Source: Scyliorhinus canicula | Taxonomy: Eukaryota | Reading direction: 5' to 3' | Assembly: GCF_902713615.1 (NCBI RefSeq) | Contig: NC_052163.1 | Coordinates: 84,431,721-84,495,720, forward strand | DNA: 64,000 nt | Shown here: positions 61,854 through 64,000 of the stretch, one piece after another | Position numbering within the stretch: position 1 is the stretch's first letter | How the letters are laid out: each line of letters starts with the position of its first letter | The notes under the pieces: generated by a model | Database searches by the model: none | What the model was told of the DNA's origin: nothing | The model's input: the letters and a program-made list of their open reading frames with translations, nothing else | Program-made: the position numbers and the translations under genes

Positions 61854-64000
61854 ATTCAGCAGGGGCATGGGAACCTGGATTGTAGTTTTGGGGTACGGGA
61901 GATTGAGAGTATAGAGGTCAGGAGCACAGATTTGACTTCGCAGGAGGGTGCCAGTGTTCAGGTAGGTGGTTTGAAGTGTGTCTACTTCAATGCCAGGAGT
62001 ATACGAAATAAGGTTGGGGAACTGGCAGCATGGGTTGGTACCTGGGACTTTGATGTTGTGGCCATTTCAGAGACATGGACAGAGCAGGGACAGGAATGGT
62101 TGTTGCAGGTTCCGGGGTTTAGGTGTTTTAGTAAGTTCAGAGAAGGGGGCAAAAGAGGGGGAGGTGTGGCGCTGCTAGTCAAGGACAGTATTACGGTGGC
62201 GGAAAGGTTGCTAGATGGGGTCTCTTCTTCCGAGGTAGTATGGGCTGAGGCTAGAAACAGGAAAGGAGAGGTCACCCTGTTGGGAGTTTTCTATAGGCCA
62301 CCTAATAGTTCTAGGGATGTAGAGGAAAGGATGGCGAAGATGATTCTGGAAAAGAGCAAAAGTAACAGGGTAGTTGTTATGGGAGACTTTAACTTTCCAA
62401 ATATTGACTGGAAAAGATATAGTTCGAGTACATTAGATGGGTCGTTCTTTGTACAATGTGTGCAGGAGGGTTTCCTGACACAATATGTGGACAGGCCAAC
62501 AAGAGGCGAGGCCACATTGGATTTGGTTTTGGGTAATGAACCAGGCCAGGTGTTAGATCTGGAGGTAGGTGAGCACTTTGGAAACAGTGACCACAATTCG
62601 GTGACCTTTACGTTAGTGATGGAAAGGGATAAGTATACCCCGCAGGGCAAGAGTTATAGCTGGGGGAAGGGCAATTATGATGCCATTAGACATGACTTAG
62701 GATGTGTTGGTTGGAGAAGTAGGCTGCAAGGGTTGGGCACACTGGATATGTGGAGCTTGTTCAAGGAACAGCTATTGCATGTTCTTGATAAGTACGTACC
62801 AGTCAGGCAGGGAGGAAGGGGTCGAGCGAGGGAACCGTGGTTTACCAAAGAAGTGGAATCTCTTGTTAAGAGGAAGAAGGAGGCCTATGTAAAGATGAGG
62901 CGTGAAGTTTCAGTTGGGGCGCTTGATATTTACAAGGAAGCGAGGAAGGATCTAAAGAGAGAGCTGAGACGAGCAAGGAGGGGACATGAGAAGTCTTTGG
63001 CAGGTAGGATCAAGGAAAACACAAAAGCTTTCTATAGGTATGTCAGGAATAAAAGAATGACTAGGGTAAGAGTAGGGCCAGTCAAGGACAGTGGTGGGAA
63101 GTTGTGTGTGGAGGCTGAGGAGATAAGCGAGATACTAAATGAATACTTTTCGTCAGTATTCACTCAAGAAAAAGATAATATTGTGGAGGAGAATGCTGAG
63201 ACCCAGGCTATTAGAATAGATGGCATTGAGGTGCGTAGGGAAGAAGTGTTGGCAATTCTGGACAAGGTGAAAATAGATAAGTCCCCGGGGCCGGATGGGA
63301 TTTATCCTAGGATTCTCTGGGAAGCCAGGGAAGAGATTGCTGAGCCTTTGGCTTTGATTTTGATGTCATCATTGGCTACAGGAATAGTGCCAGAGGACTG
63401 GAGGATAGCAAATGTGGTCCCTTTGTTCAAGAAGGGGAGTAGAGATAACCCCGGTAACTATAGGCCGGTGAGCCTAACGTCTGTGGTGGGTAAAGTCTTG
63501 GAGAGGATTATAAAAGATACGATTTATAATCATCTAGATAGGAATAATATGATTAGGGACAGTCAGCATGGTTTTGTGAAGGGTATGTCATGCCTCACAA
63601 ACCTTATCGAGTTCTTTGAGAAGGTGACTGAACAGGTAGACGAGGGTAGAGCAGTTGATGTGGTGTATATGGATTTCAGTAAAGCGTTTGATAAGGTTCC
63701 CCACGGTCGTCTATTGCAGAAAATACGGAGGCTGGGGATTGAGGGTGATTTAGAGATGTGGATCAGAAATTGGCTAGTTGAAAGAAGACAGAGAGTGGTA
63801 GTTGATGGGAAATGTTCAGAATGGAGTTCAGTTACGAGTGGCGTACCACAAGGATCTGTTCTGGGGCCGTTGCTGTTTGTCATTTTTATAAATGACCTAG
63901 AGGAGGGCGCAGAAGGATGGGTGAGTAAATTTGCAGACGACACTAAAGTCGGTGGAGTTGTAAACAGTGCGGAAGGATGTTGCAGGTTACAGAGGGACAT
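61854..64000 (+). CDS. CR1 ORF2 (APE + RT), open to the window end
   Basis: My manual translation found no stop from ATT at 61854 to 64000 (~715 codons): [63 protein letters not shown]. Preceded by the last ~40 nt of ORF1. Confidence 0.93.
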   Translation, partial: MQQGHGNLDCSFGVREIESIEVRSTDLTSQEGASVQVGGLKCVYFNARSIRNKVGELAAWVGTWDFDVVAISETWTEQGQEWLLQVPGFRCFSKFREGGKRGGGVALLVKDSITVAERLLDGVSSSEVVWAEARNRKGEVTLLGVFYRPPNSSRDVEERMAKMILEKSKSNRVVVMGDFNFPNIDWKRYSSSTLDGSFFVQCVQEGFLTQYVDRPTRGEATLDLVLGNEPGQVLDLEVGEHFGNSDHNSVTFTLVMERDKYTPQGKSYSWGKGNYDAIRHDLGCVGWRSRLQGLGTLDMWSLFKEQLLHVLDKYVPVRQGGRGRAREPWFTKEVESLVKRKKEAYVKMRREVSVGALDIYKEARKDLKRELRRARRGHEKSLAGRIKENTKAFYRYVRNKRMTRVRVGPVKDSGGKLCVEAEEISEILNEYFSSVFTQEKDNIVEENAETQAIRIDGIEVRREEVLAILDKVKIDKSPGPDGIYPRILWEAREEIAEPLALILMSSLATGIVPEDWRIANVVPLFKKGSRDNPGNYRPVSLTSVVGKVLERIIKDTIYNHLDRNNMIRDSQHGFVKGMSCLTNLIEFFEKVTEQVDEGRAVDVVYMDFSKAFDKVPHGRLLQKIRRLGIEGDLEMWIRNWLVERRQRVVVDGKCSEWSSVTSGVPQGSVLGPLLFVIFINDLEEGAEGWVSKFADDTKVGGVVNSAEGCCRLQRD

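Overview
Vertebrate genomic DNA, most likely from a cartilaginous fish. The HE1-type tRNA SINEs, CR1 and L1/Tx1 LINEs and a V-J-C cluster-type Ig locus point to a shark, possibly a scyliorhinid catshark (inference). Most of the window is nested transposable-element debris: L1/Tx1 LINEs, several CR1 LINEs (some very young), a PIF/Harbinger transposon, Gypsy LTR elements (one Mag-like, one Gmr1-like), solo LTRs, a gag-only LTR element, an RTE LINE, many SINEs, and three palindromic Penelope-type elements with hammerhead-ribozyme-like cores. The only host-gene material I can support lies in a ~6 kb island at 32.2-38.2 kb. It holds a minus-strand, unrearranged sigma-type immunoglobulin light-chain cluster (octamer promoter, leader, V with 12-RSS, J with 23-RSS, C, polyA). 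The cluster is inactivated by a nonsense codon in V and a 1-nt deletion in C. A second, decayed V relic sits head-to-head with it on the plus strand. About 2.1 kb further on is a decayed fragment of c-MYC exon 2 containing Myc box I. No intact host protein-coding gene, rRNA, tRNA gene or CRISPR array was found. All family assignments come from motif recognition by eye; no database search was run.
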